From Girardia tigrina (lineage: Eukaryota): a DNA stretch of 51,249 nt. The stretch covers positions 1-51,249 of the forward strand of contig MQRK01172036.1 of assembly GCA_001938485.1 (NCBI GenBank), read 5' to 3'. The position numbers and the translations under genes were made by a program. A model generated the notes under the pieces. That model did not search any database, had not been told where the DNA came from, and was given only the letters and a program-made list of their open reading frames with translations. Below, piece by piece: positions 11,700-24,618 of this stretch. Position 1 is the stretch's first letter. The number at the start of each line of letters is the position of its first letter.

Positions 11700-12990
11700 C
11701 TGTAGAAAAGAATACAAGTAAATTTGATATATTTTACAATAATTATATAAAATAAAAATAAATTAAAAATATTTTTTAAAAAGAAATCAAAAAATTAAAA
11801 TAAAACATATCGACATTTTTTTAAAAAAATAGAATTCAAAAATTATTTTGTGTTTCTTTTAATCAGATAAATGAATAAACAAAAAAGGCATAGGAAATTT
11901 AGAGACAAAATTAGTTGAGGAATTATGGGAAAAATGAGCAGTCAATAATAATTATAAAAGTTATTATTATAGAAGTCAGTCGAAACATCAATCAAACTGT
12001 GGACTTGATTAAACTTCAATGACAGATTCGCCTTCAAATGGGTACGAAGGATATTTTGTCACAAAATTATCCCAAACGTTTATTTATAAACATAAGCAAG
12101 TTGTCTGGAAAAAAGATTAACATATCATTTGTATATCAAACTAGTAAAATGTTAAGAATTTCCTTTCTTGCTTTAATAATAATTTTAGTAATAATGATAA
12201 AAAGGGTATTTTTAAAGGTGTATTTAAATGCAAATGAAAAAAATGTTTTTTGAAATTGATGTCAAAAAATGGTTAATTAATAAAAACGTTTAATATTAAA
12301 AAAACAACATAGAAAAACGGATGGTTGCCAAGGCATGTGAGAAGCTAGAGTGAGTGGAAAAGCGTAAGAATGATAGTTGAAGAGTTGGAAGTCGATGAAA
12401 GAACAAGTTTTGACGAAAAGAAAGGAAGTTATCGTTAAGTTAGTAAAAAAGGAAATTAAATGCGGAAATTTTAGATGTTTAGTAGACGCAAAACTAAAAC
12501 CTGATTGTTAAAAATTTGTCGAAACGTTTGATATGAGTAAAAAAAAGATTTTTACCCTTATATCGTAGGATGTGAGATAAATTTTAGATAAATGTGATTC
12601 ACATTAACATACTGTTGTACATAAAGAATTAGAGATCTTTGCTACTAAAGATGCGATGTTATTTCTGAAGTTTTGAAAACTGACGCAACATGGTTGAACT
12701 CAGAAGTGTATCGATATTATTTTTAAAAAACAAAAACAATGCATTATCATTTTATGGGGTTTATTTTTATGAATTTTGCCACTGTACATTATATCTGCAT
12801 CCTAGAAAAACTCAGATGGTTAAATCCGTTTTATAGGATCAATTATGTTTACTTTAAAATAATGCATCATCTGAAGTTTCAGTTGAAACCCTCAAGTTTC
12901 TTGAAAGTAAGCATTGCCATCTTAATCAAAAATCTGTTTACTCTCAGGATGTAAATATCAGCGACAAAAATGTTTTCCAAAAATGTTACG

Positions 12991-13105
12991 TGTGAGGAAT
13001 ATTTTAAATTGTTTGAATGTGTAAATATATGGATGCGGTATGTTGAATTAAGTATGTTGAATTTAGAATGGTGATTCTCCCACCCAGATGGAAATTGGTA
13101 TTTTT
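12991..13105 (+). mobile_element. Gypsy LTR 5'-end fragment
   Basis: tgtgaggaatattttaaattg...cccagatggaaattggtattt resembles the LTR start after the PPT at 41765. Confidence 0.55.
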
Positions 13106-13729
13106 TTATTTAAATTTAAAGTGATTGACTATTCGAACACAATTAAAATTAAGTTTAATATTTTTTAGTAAAATTTAAATTAAATGCATTTTTAATAATT
13201 TTATGACATTTTTATTATTTTAAGATTTATTGAAAAATGGTAAAAATTATTATTTTTTTAATTAATATTTTTAGAGGCTAAATATTTTAAAAAATAATTT
13301 AGAAAAATTGTTCGAATAATCATGATTAAAAATAGAAATAAGAAAACCAATTAGAAGGATGACAAACGATGAAAGACTTTCTGAGAGTCATAATGACTCT
13401 AAATGTGATTGTAATAAACATTCAAACGAGACTTGTCCAAATGTTCTTAATATTACGGTTAAGAATGAAGATGCTTGTCTGGATAATCTTGCTCGGAAGA
13501 CTTAGTAAATTCATTATGGCATGAGCGATGAGAAACGCAACAGAGATTAAAGGTAACTGAAAATAATGGTTTTATTTTTGTGCAATACTCACACTTCTTT
13601 GTAAATAAATTGTTAATAACAATATTTACAAAAAAAAGTTTACTAAAATGCGAATTTCTTGTCATAAAAAATCATAAATATTATTTGTATTATTATTATA
13701 TGTTGAAAACCATTTTTCAACATTTATTT

Positions 13730-13770
13730 TAGTAAATAATTTCGGCGGATTATCCGCCATATTCAGACTA
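13730..13770 (-). ncRNA. Degenerate minimal hammerhead ribozyme
   Basis: tagt-CTGAAtA-T-GGCGGA-taa-TCCGCC-GAAA-TTAtT-T-acta; G8 mutated. Confidence 0.75.
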
Positions 13771-14092
13771 CATTAACATTAGTTTTGAAGCTTTTATATG
13801 ATTGCCATTGAAGTTCTATTTGAAAATATTTAACGAACAGATGTGACGCTTAAATATTAATTTTCGATCCATTGATTATATTAATAATGCTCCACACGTT
13901 ACTCTTCTATTAATAATTATTAAATCGATTGCACAGTATTTGAAAATTATTTTCTTCAATTTTCTTTTTAGATTATATTCAGCATTATTTTATTCATTGT
14001 GTAATCGTCTATGACATAGACTCTATGCTGTTTGCTCCATTTGTAGAGGTACCGATAATGGAAGCAATATTGCAGAACTTAATTAATATTAA

Positions 14093-14137
14093 TTTAGCCT
14101 GAAGACGGCGGGCAATCTACTTAAATTAATGGCTAAA
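14093..14137 (+). ncRNA. Degenerate minimal hammerhead ribozyme
   Basis: tttagc-CTGAAGA-C-GGCGG-gcaat-CtaCt-tAAA-TTAAT-G-gctaaa; 6-bp stem I and ATTAAT palindrome intact; G12, stem II and position 17 mutated. Confidence 0.7.
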
Positions 14138-16671
14138 ATAAATGTTGAAAAATGATATTTAATATTTTTAATGATATAAAATTGCCATTGTTTTTAAAAT
14201 TTTAATTATTATTATTCTTATTATTACCATTATTATTGTTATTATTATTTAAAAGAAACATTAAATTCTCTTTTTTTTGGTTTTGGAAAAGGCGGAAAAA
14301 ATTATTTCCTCTAAAATTTCCTGCCAATGTTTGAATTAAAAATTATAAATTTGAACTAAATATAAAGGAACAATAATTTATAAGATTTTTTCTTTAAAAA
14401 AATATTTCAAATTGTACTAAAGTGTTTTTAGAAAATAAAACATTTCGGATTTGAAAAGCAAATTATTAATTATTTTTTTTACTTGTTGAATATATTAAAT
14501 AAAAATTTTAAAAAAATATTTTTAATTAAAACATATTTTTTAATTTTTGTATTTACTGAATCTTTAAAATACAAATTTTACTTAAAATAAAAATAATATA
14601 ATTTTCAAAAATACAGAATATTTTTTTATTTATGTTGTTACGAGTAATTTACTTGTTTTGAAATGTTATTTTTTCTTAATTTTAAAATAAATCATTTAAA
14701 TTTATTTATCATTTTATTTTTCTGTTATATTTATTTTTTCTTCATTTACTTAATTTATTATTTATTATTAATTAATAAAAATATAATGTTCATATGATAT
14801 GAGCAATAAACAACTAATTAGAATTATTGATATTTTCTTAAAAATTACATAAAATTTATTTACATGTCTAAAAATAAATAAAATAAAAACTTCTTTTTTC
14901 GAATAGAATTGGTTTTTCTCCAAAATTCTTAGTTAGAAAATTTATAAAAATAATGATCATTTAGTAATCTTGATCGGATTGGCTTTCCGCTTATTGTTTC
15001 CTAATTATTAAATCACATTATAAATTAGTCATTTATCGTACAATTAAGCCTCATCAAAGGCCATTCTTTTTGAACCGAATATCTTGGAAAAAAAATTCTT
15101 TTTTTTCGTTATTTCCCGAAATAATATCAGAGTTTTTGAGTCTGACAACGATAATAATAACTATTATTAAAGTATTATAATTGTTAAAAATGGATCATAA
15201 CTCTATTCTAGGATTATGTTAATTTTATTTCTTATCATTTAATTTTATTTTTCCGTGATGTTATACTATAATCATTCTGTTTTCTTATGATTTTATCATA
15301 CTTTTCAATAAAATAACACATCAAAGTTATTTAGATTTATCAGTATTTATCTTTGTAAACGTTTGGGTATCCATCTGTCGAAACTGCGCTAATTTTATAT
15401 GTACATAAAAATGGAACCTACTAAAATTAACATACAATAATTAGTTTTCCTGTGAGTAAACTAAAAATGTTTTATTTTACTTTTATAAGATCAAATAAAT
15501 TATTAAAAAGACTGTCAAAGATGTTTCACTTTATTTACAAAGAAAAATGAAGATTAAAGAATAGAAATGGTGAGTCGCCCACTAAAACACTTTCCAAGCA
15601 GACTGAATGAACTAAGAGTATTCTTTAAATATTTCAAAAATACCTTTTATATTGATAACGTTTAAGTCTATTTTAATAGTGATTGTGAATGTCTTTTGTT
15701 TCAGTTGAAAAAAATAATAAAAATTATAATTATAAAAATTATTTCATTCAATAAATATAATTTTGTTCTCTTTATATTTAGGAAATATTTTATTTATTTT
15801 ATTTATTATTTTTTTAGGTACAAAAGTTACAAGAGTATGAATATATCTCAAAAAAACTATTAAAAAATATGTTTAAAAAATATGAAAAAAATTCTATTTT
15901 ATCGAATTTTCTTAATACACTTTGTCGACAAAAGTAAATACAATTTAAAACTTATGTCAAAAGTTTCTGTTTCTTATTCCATTAATTATTAAACCTTCAT
16001 AATATTAAATTTTCTATTATAAGATTTATTATACTTAAAGCCAAATATATCTAAAAACTATTTTTTCTGTATACAATTTTAAAATTAATTTATTTTCTTA
16101 ATAAATTGTATAATTGTATAATATAAATTTAAATAATTGTATCAAAATGTAAATAAAAAATAATAGTACTTTGTTCTATAGCAAATAAAGATAAAACCTT
16201 TTAAAATCACATATTAACATTCGTTTATTTTCTCATTTAATAATAAAATAATAAATTTATAATTTGAAACAGTATTAACAAAAAATAAAATTGATGCATC
16301 TAATAAAATTCGTTACACCATTTCAATTGATTAAAATTTTTAAAAGAAAATTAAAAATTATAATTAAATAAGAATGACAATTTTCAAGTATCAATTATTT
16401 ATTTTAATTTTCAAATAATATTTAATTTATTAAATATTGAAATTTATAAAAATAAAATAAAAAAAATGATTTTTTTTTAATTTGGTTCTCAATAAAGTAT
16501 TTCTCAGATTTCAAAGAATCATGGAATTTTTAAAATTAAATTTCATTTTAATTAAATATTTCTCTTATTTATTAGAATAAAAAATTTAATGAATTTTTAC
16601 AAATTATTGTATATTAAATATAATATATAGCTTTTAATAATTAAGATTTTTAATATTAAACACTATTTATA

Positions 16672-18704
16672 TCAGGTTGAGTCAAAGGTCCTTTATACTT
16701 TTTAGTGAATTAAAGTTTTTGTTACACCAAATCATTTAAGCCTGGCATTCATATGCAACCCTGGTATCATTTTACAGCCCATAAAAAGGTGAATCAAACT
16801 ACACTTTAAAAGTTAAATGTTTACACTTAATTCCCATATTTATTACGTTTTAGAATAATTGAATAAAAAACAGTAATTCGTGTTTTATAACGACATTATT
16901 GAAAATAATATCATACCAAAAAATTTTTTGGTGTACAAGCTTTTATAATTTGTCATATATTTGCGGTTCTGTATCTATTTCACCCACTTCCCACATTTTT
17001 TGACTGAATTATCAAAGCCTNNNNNNNNNNNNNNNNNNNNNNNNNNNNNNNNNNNNNNNNNNNNNNNNNNNNNNNNNNNNNNNNNNNNNNNNNNNNNNNN
17101 NNNNNNNNNNNNNNNNNNNNNNNNNNNNNNNNNNNNNNNNNNNNNNNNNNNNNNNNNNNNNNNNNNNNNNNNNNNNNNNNNNNNNNNNNNNNNNNNNNNN
17201 NNNNNNNNNNNNNNNNNNNNNNNNNNNNNNNNNNNNNNNNNNNNNNNNNNNNNNNNNNNNNNNNNNNNNNNNNNNNNNNNNNNNNNNNNNNNNNNNNNNN
17301 NNNNNNNNNNNTTTGGTAATTTGGTAGAGTTTGAATTTTATTCATGAAAATAAACAAAAAGATTGCTATGTAATACAGTGTATAAATTTGTAGATAATCG
17401 TAAGTGTTTTTTTTGCAAAATAAATTAAAATGTCTCGTATTGCAAGAGTACCAGACACAGTTGTGCGAGGGCCGACAATTACATTTCTTCAGCATCGCCT
17501 CGAAGCCAATTTAATAACAAATAAGTCAACTCGACTTCCTCCATTAATATTTCTTGTTAATATCAATTTGTCGAAATCAAAATCTCCAAAAGAAAAAAAA
17601 AGGAAAAGTGTACTCCTGAAAATTTCAAGTCACCAGCACAACGGGAAGTGGGTGAAATTTCGATCGCAAGATTTGATCCATACAGACAAACAAACAAACA
17701 AACAAATGAAACGTAATGAAAGCTTGTAAAAAAACGTGTAAAATCAGCAGCTGCGAGTCGAGAAATCTGCAACTTAGAAGGCAACAATGTGCTCAAGAAA
17801 TACAGCTCAGTGGTAGTTTCGTCGTTTTAATCAGTGAGATACTAATCTTGAAGATTAGGAACGCTTAGAGCGGCCAACAGTGGTAAACAAAGACAAATTT
17901 TGCGCCTAGATGAAGTTGCAGCCCTGTATTAGCACCTACAGGATGCCTGAGCAGCTCGGCCATTTTCCAAGCACCATTGTTCGACATCTGCATAACATGG
18001 GTTTTGTAAATAAAAATCCACTCCGAGTTCCTCATGAATTGACAAATATTCAAACCTGGAGTCGAATGAATTAGAAGCGAATTATTACAGAAGTTGAAAA
18101 GTAGATTTTATCCCGTAATTCTAATCTAGCAATGTCTTGAGCATGATCAACCAATTCAGCAAGTTGTTCATCAAAGTCACATAAAAAAGAAAGTTATGTT
18201 GTGTGTTTGGTGGAATTACGAGGGACCTATACATAATGACCAAACCATCATTTTAAAGCCCATAAAAACATTTATGCTGAACAATTACAGTGAGTTCATG
18301 ATGCTTTGAGTACTAACTACCACCGATTGTTGAATTGCAGTAGAGCAATCCTACAGCATGACAATGCACCAGCTCAAACATCCCGAAGGATGAAGCAGAA
18401 AATTCAGGAACTGCAATGCATTTAAGTCATTCTCCACCCAGTGTATAGCCCGGACCTTGCCTCTTCTGATTATTATCTGTTTTGGTCTCTGTCACACGTT
18501 TTACAAGGGAGTTGCTTTGATTCAGAGGAAGAGATCAAAATTGAAATTGCTGATTTTTTTTGCCTCCAAGACACATTCATGGTGTCACCATGGGATTGAG
18601 CGATTGACAGAAAGATGTATTTTGAGGAATAATATAATCAATGTTATAAAAATTTTTGTAAATGTAGGTCGTCTAAAACATTAATAACTATTGACTCAAC
18701 CTGA
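16672..18704 (+). mobile_element. mariner-type transposon with decayed transposase and a nested insertion
   Basis: TA-flanked TIRs tcaggttgagtcaa / ttgactcaacctga; IRVL*RHY*K | KRVKSAAASREIC...RVPHEL...KKVMLCVWWN...HDNAPA...HPVYSPDLASSDYYLF (35 residues between the last two D). Confidence 0.9.
16905..17730 (-). mobile_element. Helentron-associated non-autonomous element (HINE/DINE-1-like), nested in mariner
   Basis: Sub-terminal inverted repeats tacaagcttt (16934) / aaagcttgta (17719); terminal hairpin accaaaaaattttttggt (16915-16932); (CAAA)n microsatellite; second IR tttcacccacttccc / gggaagtgggtgaaa; A/T-run target; splits the mariner ORF. Confidence 0.7.
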
Positions 18705-18899
18705 TATACATCTTCATTGATATTCCATCGGTTAAAGAGGACACAATTGAAAAAGTGCCCAAGGTCTGAGAAAAACCTTTTTAACAGTCATGTCAGAGCT
18801 GAACATTTATGTAATGTGTATCTGTTAAATTATAAATTCCAAAAATTATCATCATAGGATTCTGAGTAACTTTCTTAATTTATTTCCCTACAAAAGTTC

Positions 18900-19750
18900 A
18901 AAAAACTTATTTTACCAACAAATGACAGATCCTCCAAAACATATAGTGATCAACTCAAGATCTTGATCGGAAGCAGCCCTCTCTTTACAAGGTTATGGTT
19001 ATGGTTAGAATAATTGGCAGAAATACTGAAGATATTGAAAACAATCATCCATGAGCTTTTAGTGAAGCAAAATTACGTAAATCGCTACAGATTTTGTGTT
19101 CTGTATAAAATTATACCGGTTTTAAAACAAATAGTGACAGTTAATAAAAAGTGGATAATCTATAAAATATGAAGCCAAAACGTTCTTAGGGTAAGTCAGA
19201 TGGACGCCAATTAGTCATTCAAAAAAACGATCATCACCCGAAGAAAGTTATGTCATTTGTGAGGTAGAATTCTAAATAAATATAAGGTATAACCAAACAA
19301 CCAGATGATTAATTTAAAAAGGTACTACTCCTAACTAGATGAATTAAAGATAGCGATCCAAAAATAACGGCCAGGAATTTCATTGCGATGTACCATAAAT
19401 ATGCCAGACCACATATTTCTTCAGCTTCAAGGAAGAAGTTGTTGGACATGTGCAATGATATATTACTTCATTAACCAAATTTAGCTAACTTTGCTCCTAG
19501 CAACTTAAACATATTCTGGTTTTTGGAAAATTCTCGTAACAACAAGAACTTTGAGTCTTTGAATGTCCTTTTTTCTCGACAAACCTTAGAAGTTGTGAAG
19601 GATTGCATTTTTTAGTTACAAAACAAATTCTAAAAATTATAGAAAAAAAGTAGTGTATAAATTGTTAATTAAATACATATCCAGACATAAAAAGTTTGCT
19701 TTTAAAATTTTATTAAAAATCGGTACCAACTTTCCAGGCGACCCCAAATT
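18900..19750 (+). mobile_element. Second, highly decayed mariner remnant
   Basis: HHPKKVM..., LDELKIAIQK*RP, ARPHISSASRKKL...LANFAPSN; TIR-like end near 19720-19748. Confidence 0.6.
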
Positions 19751-21162
19751 TGAAATTTTTAAACCTTGATTAGGAATATATTTTTGTTATTGGACATCAA
19801 CCTATTTTCAGGGACCTCATTGTACATAGAAATAAATAATATATAACTTCATTGAACTAGCTTAATTCAACATATATCATATTATTCATTTGTATGAATT
19901 GTATATATATAAAACTGGCTGCCCTAGTAAAAATGATTTGTCTTAAATCCAATATTTATTTAGAGAACATAGTTCACACTTTGTTAATATATCCCTTGTA
20001 TATATGTTTACCAGTTTTGATGATTAAAATGTAAATTATATAACATTCAAAAACAGAATATGTTTATATATTTTTAATTAACATATAATATATAACTACA
20101 ATAATTTTGAAACAAAAAGTTTTATGTAAAAAATACCCCATTCAGGAAGAATGTTTCTAGAACAAAAATAGAACAAAAAGAATGTGGAATAAATATATAT
20201 TAGTTGCATTATTTTAATAAATAAAATCAATATAAATTTTCATTCTACTAAAAGAGAAAAAAGTATTTCTAAATTTTCCAATTAATAAATCTATCTGAAT
20301 TCAATTAAGTTTTATTTAATTTTTCTACTTTTTATACCATTTTAAATAATCTAATCACAATTATTATTTCTAATCTAAATTGTTTTACCCGCCATATGAT
20401 GAATTATAAAGCCAGCTGATTTCAAGAGACAAAGTAAAAATTTATTTATATAATTTATTATGATCAAAATTATTATTATCGAATATTACAACATATTCTC
20501 TATAAAGATTAAAAAAATTATGTGACGCAAAAATATGAAATTATTAAAAAGAGTTGACAAAAATGAAACCGATAAGTCTTTTACACAGCATGCTCTGTAT
20601 ATACATTTGGCAAAAAAAAATTTTATTTCCACAAAAAAGTAATGTTCTATTTTGAATAAAAATGATTCTCCCATCAATAAATCAATATAAATGGGGTAAT
20701 AAGTGATCCTTTTAGAGAAAATTGTTTAGGTTATGTTCGATGGTTACATTAAGGTTCTAAGGTACACAATAGTTTCAATTGCACCGATTAATGAAGCCAT
20801 TCAAATTTGAACGCAGCATCATCTTGGAAAACAATTTAACTTAAAATATTTGTGGTGGTCCCTCATTTTGTATCATTCACAAAATTTACAACATTTTGCA
20901 GCGTTATCCTCATTGAAAAGATGAAATAAAATAAAATGTAAATGAGATAGACACCTTAGATATTCCTTTCTCTAGACCGTGGTCAGCAGATCTTTTGAAT
21001 ACTTTGAATAAATAAAGAAATCTATGAATACATGAAATTAAAGTCAGACAACGTGACTCGGTAAATTTTTTTCTCAAAATATAACCAATGTAATTGTGAT
21101 TTATATATATATNNNNNNNNNNNNNNNNNNNNNNNNNNNNNNNNNNNNNNNNNNNNNNNNNN

Positions 21163-21199
<37 letters not shown>

Positions 21200-21211
<12 letters not shown>

Positions 21212-22330
21212 TTCTCACATCCCCCACGATTTAAATGGCTTTAGCCATTCTACATTCCTGATCAAAATTCTACCATCTAACTCCAATTCATAATGTCTTA
21301 CGTGTCTTCGTTTCTTTATTGTTGCCGGGTTCATATATCGATCTCCTTCTTTTGTTATGTATTCTTTCTTTATAAACACTTTATCTTTAACTTGAAAATT
21401 TTGATTGGTCTCTACCTAATTATTGATTTTTTCTTTCCTGGCCTTTTCTTGATTGATGTTTTTCTACCAATGTCTTAACTTCTGCCTATAATATTTCCGC
21501 TGGTGAGACGCCTATGGTAGCTTGAATTGTGCTATTTAACATAAATCCCACCTCTAGAAAAATTTCCGTCCAGTCTTTGTGAGTTTGATCTTTTCTTCGT
21601 ATATTCATGGGTCTGTAAATGTTCTGAATTGTCGTATATGATCCCATTGGTATTACGTTGGTAGGGACTCGAATATACTATCTCAACTTTAAACTTATGT
21701 ATCTGCTAAATTGATCTTTTATCATGAGTATGTATTGGTATTCATTAATATTTCTATTAAAAGATCCACAAAAATCCATATATAGTTTTTGGAAGGGTTT
21801 TTCAGGCGACTTTTTTCATGTGCTTCTCTTTTGTTTTTGTTGGTAGGGTCTTCCTTTTTTGACAATTTAAACAGCCTTGTACGATTTTTTATCGTTTTTC
21901 TCATATCATCTACATCAAAGTTATTTTTAAAATAATTTTACACTTTCTTGCAACCAACAAGACATCTTGTGTAAATATCTTCCACAAATTCACTTAATAA
22001 TAAATTATTCCCTTGTAATCTTAAAAAAACACAAAAAAATACTTTTTGAAGGGCTAAACCATGGTTTGGAGAAGCTGAAGGCACTTGATTTTCCGATAAT
22101 CATTGTTTTCCCTTTCTGTTTTCATACACAATCCACCTTTTGTCTCTCGTCACATTCTGTTTTAAAAATAGGTCGGCAATAAATCCTTTTTAAAACTTCA
22201 TACATGTTTGACCGTACGTTTTTGTTCTATTTGGTGAGATCATGCGGTTCCGATACTTCCAGTCTTCAATTCTTCAAATAATTTAAATTTTTGGTTCGAC
22301 TCAATGTTTTCGGGTAAAAAGACATTACCA
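21200..22330 (-). mobile_element. Gypsy LTR retrotransposon 3' part (integrase, PPT, LTR start)
   Basis: Minus strand ...IRNVEWLKPFK followed by gggggA|TGTGAG at 21214-21225; VSPAEI and MLNSTIQAT motifs shared with the 41210-41860 copy. Confidence 0.85.
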
Positions 22331-22399
22331 AGCTAAAGGCCCATCATCCAGACTTAAATTTCCAGATCAAAATTTTTCAAACTAATTTTGACAAGTGAG

Positions 22400-24062
22400 T
22401 AACTTAAGTTAATCGGGATACACAGCGCAAATGTTATTTGTTGCTACAGGTGCCGAATTTGAAACAGCCCAAGCCTAGCAAAACTTTCTACCATACACAT
22501 CATACTTTGCTATATGCCAATCGTCAGGGTTGGAACTAAATCCTGATGATATTTTTGAGTTTTGTATGGTTTCGGTTTTCAATTCATTCTAAGATTCTCC
22601 GACCCATGAATTAACCTATTCCTTTGATGGTGGTTTTGGATTACCATTTTTGGTATAAACAACAGAATCAGAGTTCTTCCATCCATTAATACTAAAATAT
22701 AACAAATCTTTCAATGAACGAAAAATTCCTATATCTCCTGCTTGTAGATAAGGTGTCAAACCCCCTGGGATCACGATCATTTCAACATTTCTCTTAATAC
22801 AATGTTTTTTTATTTGTGGGCCTAAATGAACTCGACATGAATCCCAAATAATACACGTACTTTTGCTTAAATCAATCAAAGGAAACATATGGTCGATCCA
22901 TTTTATAATTAATTCTTGGTTAACCCAGGATTTTGATTGAGTAGGATGCAATATACGATTTTGTTTACAAATAGGACTTCCATCCTTCCATTTATGGATT
23001 ACCAAAGGCATTGCCTTTCTACCATCTGCCCAAATAGAAATCAGTGCTGTTACTCTCATTGAACTAAAACCATTTAATTTCATTACTACATTGCGTGCTC
23101 CGAGTAAATCCACAGTATTTGTTCTGGAATCCTCAAAAAATACTGCAGTTTCATCCATCAATAAAGTATTTTTAATATTTAAATAAGGCGATGATTTTTT
23201 AGATATCTCATATAATTAACAGCACGTAAATTTATGTCAGAGTCTGATAATGTTGTTAAATTGGTAGTTCGCCTAAGTGTAAATCCATTTCTCTTCGTAC
23301 ATCATGTTATCCAATTTCCATAAGCCTTTAATTTAATATTAAACTCTTTACTCAATGCTTCTGCCCTATCAGAAATATACTTCCGACTAACTTTCATTTT
23401 TCGTATTCTAAGATCTATTATCTCATCGCAAATAATTTGTTCTATAGTTCCCAAACTGGTTTTCTTTCCTGCTCCAAATGATCTTCTCATTGATGGTTTT
23501 TGATTAGTAAGTTTGTCTTTGTTTCTAAACCACTGTTGTAACATAGAATGATCATATATTTCCCCGATTTTTAAAAACTTAAATAGTTATACTAATAGGG
23601 TCGTGATACTATTTATATATTATCACTAAAACTTTTTTAAATTGGTGATATTATTTGGGTAGTGTTACTAAATGGCGATATCCGGTAGTAAACATTGAAA
23701 ACGTCAAAGGAAATATCATCTAACAAAAATAATCTTTTCCAGAATAGAAAATCATTAAAACTAAAATAACAATAATTTAAAGAAAAAAACATATAATAAA
23801 AATTCTGAAAAGAAACAAAAACATTAAATTAAATGAAATTAATTTGTTTAATTTTAAAATCTTTCAATATTTCCATTTATTCCACTAAATTCCGAAATTG
23901 GGATAATTTTCTGCACAACAGGAAACATCATATTTAATGTCATATTTTTCTTAAAAAATATAACGTTAATTTTGATTTTTATAAAATTATTTTCGTAAAT
24001 TTAATCAGAATTTCCATTATATCACAGTTTATTTTAAAAATTAATAGAGGCGGTGGATAATT
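22400..24062 (-). mobile_element. pogo-family transposon (decayed; CENP-B-type HTH and DDE_1 domains)
   Basis: ORF 23302-23544 HTH region; ORF 22616-23161 MDETAVFF...IIWDSCRVH...IPGGLTPYLQAGD; termini uncertain. Confidence 0.85.
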
Positions 24063-24253
24063 TAATTTATATTTCATTACCTAATTTAAAATTTATTGTT
24101 TAATGGTCTTTTTAATGAAATCAATTTAATTTGTTTTTCGGACTCTATTTTGGGATTTCTATTAATTTGCGTTGAGAGTGCTTTCCTTTTTGAAAAAGAA
24201 TTAAAAACGTTTCTATTAACAAATAAACAAGTAATAAAATATTGAATAAAATA

Positions 24254-24295
<42 letters not shown>

Positions 24296-24319
24296 GAAAC
24301 TGAATTTTCAGTATTGAAG

Positions 24320-24540
24320 AAAATTATTGACACATATCATGACAGGATAGTCGCTGAGGCATTATTAATAAAGCATTTAAAACCATGCTTAAATGTCGAA
24401 AGTAAATTGTGCAATCATATTTAAATGTTTTAAATAAAAAAGAGATTAATTGAGCAATAGTTAAAGTACCATATAAATGAATATTAATCTGAAATCTATT
24501 CAAATCTGAATTATGCTATAATAGTGAAACATGTTTGTTG
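24320..24540 (+). mobile_element. PLE tail with degenerate hammerhead
   Basis: HDRIVAEALLIKHLKPCLNVES; then CTGAAtt-AT-GCTAT-a-ATAGT-GAAA-CATGT-T at 24506-24535. Confidence 0.65.
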
Positions 24541-24618
24541 CTTAATAAAAAATTATTAAAATAGTGTATTTTCTTTTCCTTATATAAGATATTATTGGTT
24601 ATTAATTGAAAAATGTTT

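Larger units (their letters stand above)
13711..14154. mobile_element. PLE tail with inverted pseudo-LTR pair, each arm carrying a hammerhead
   Basis: Minus strand RVTCGALLI at about 13880-13910; 13711-13781 and about 14084-14154 are diverged inverted repeats. Confidence 0.75.

Noticed and set aside
12300-12600. Possible Gypsy gag/protease remnant with a PPT-TGTGAG end
   Set aside because: No diagnostic protein motif recovered; only a short similarity to the LTR junction.
20700-20845. Plus-strand CLGYV...EAIQ...KTI resembling ELAV RRM1
   Set aside because: Wrong strand relative to the ELAV exon, needs frameshifts and contains stops; probably chance.
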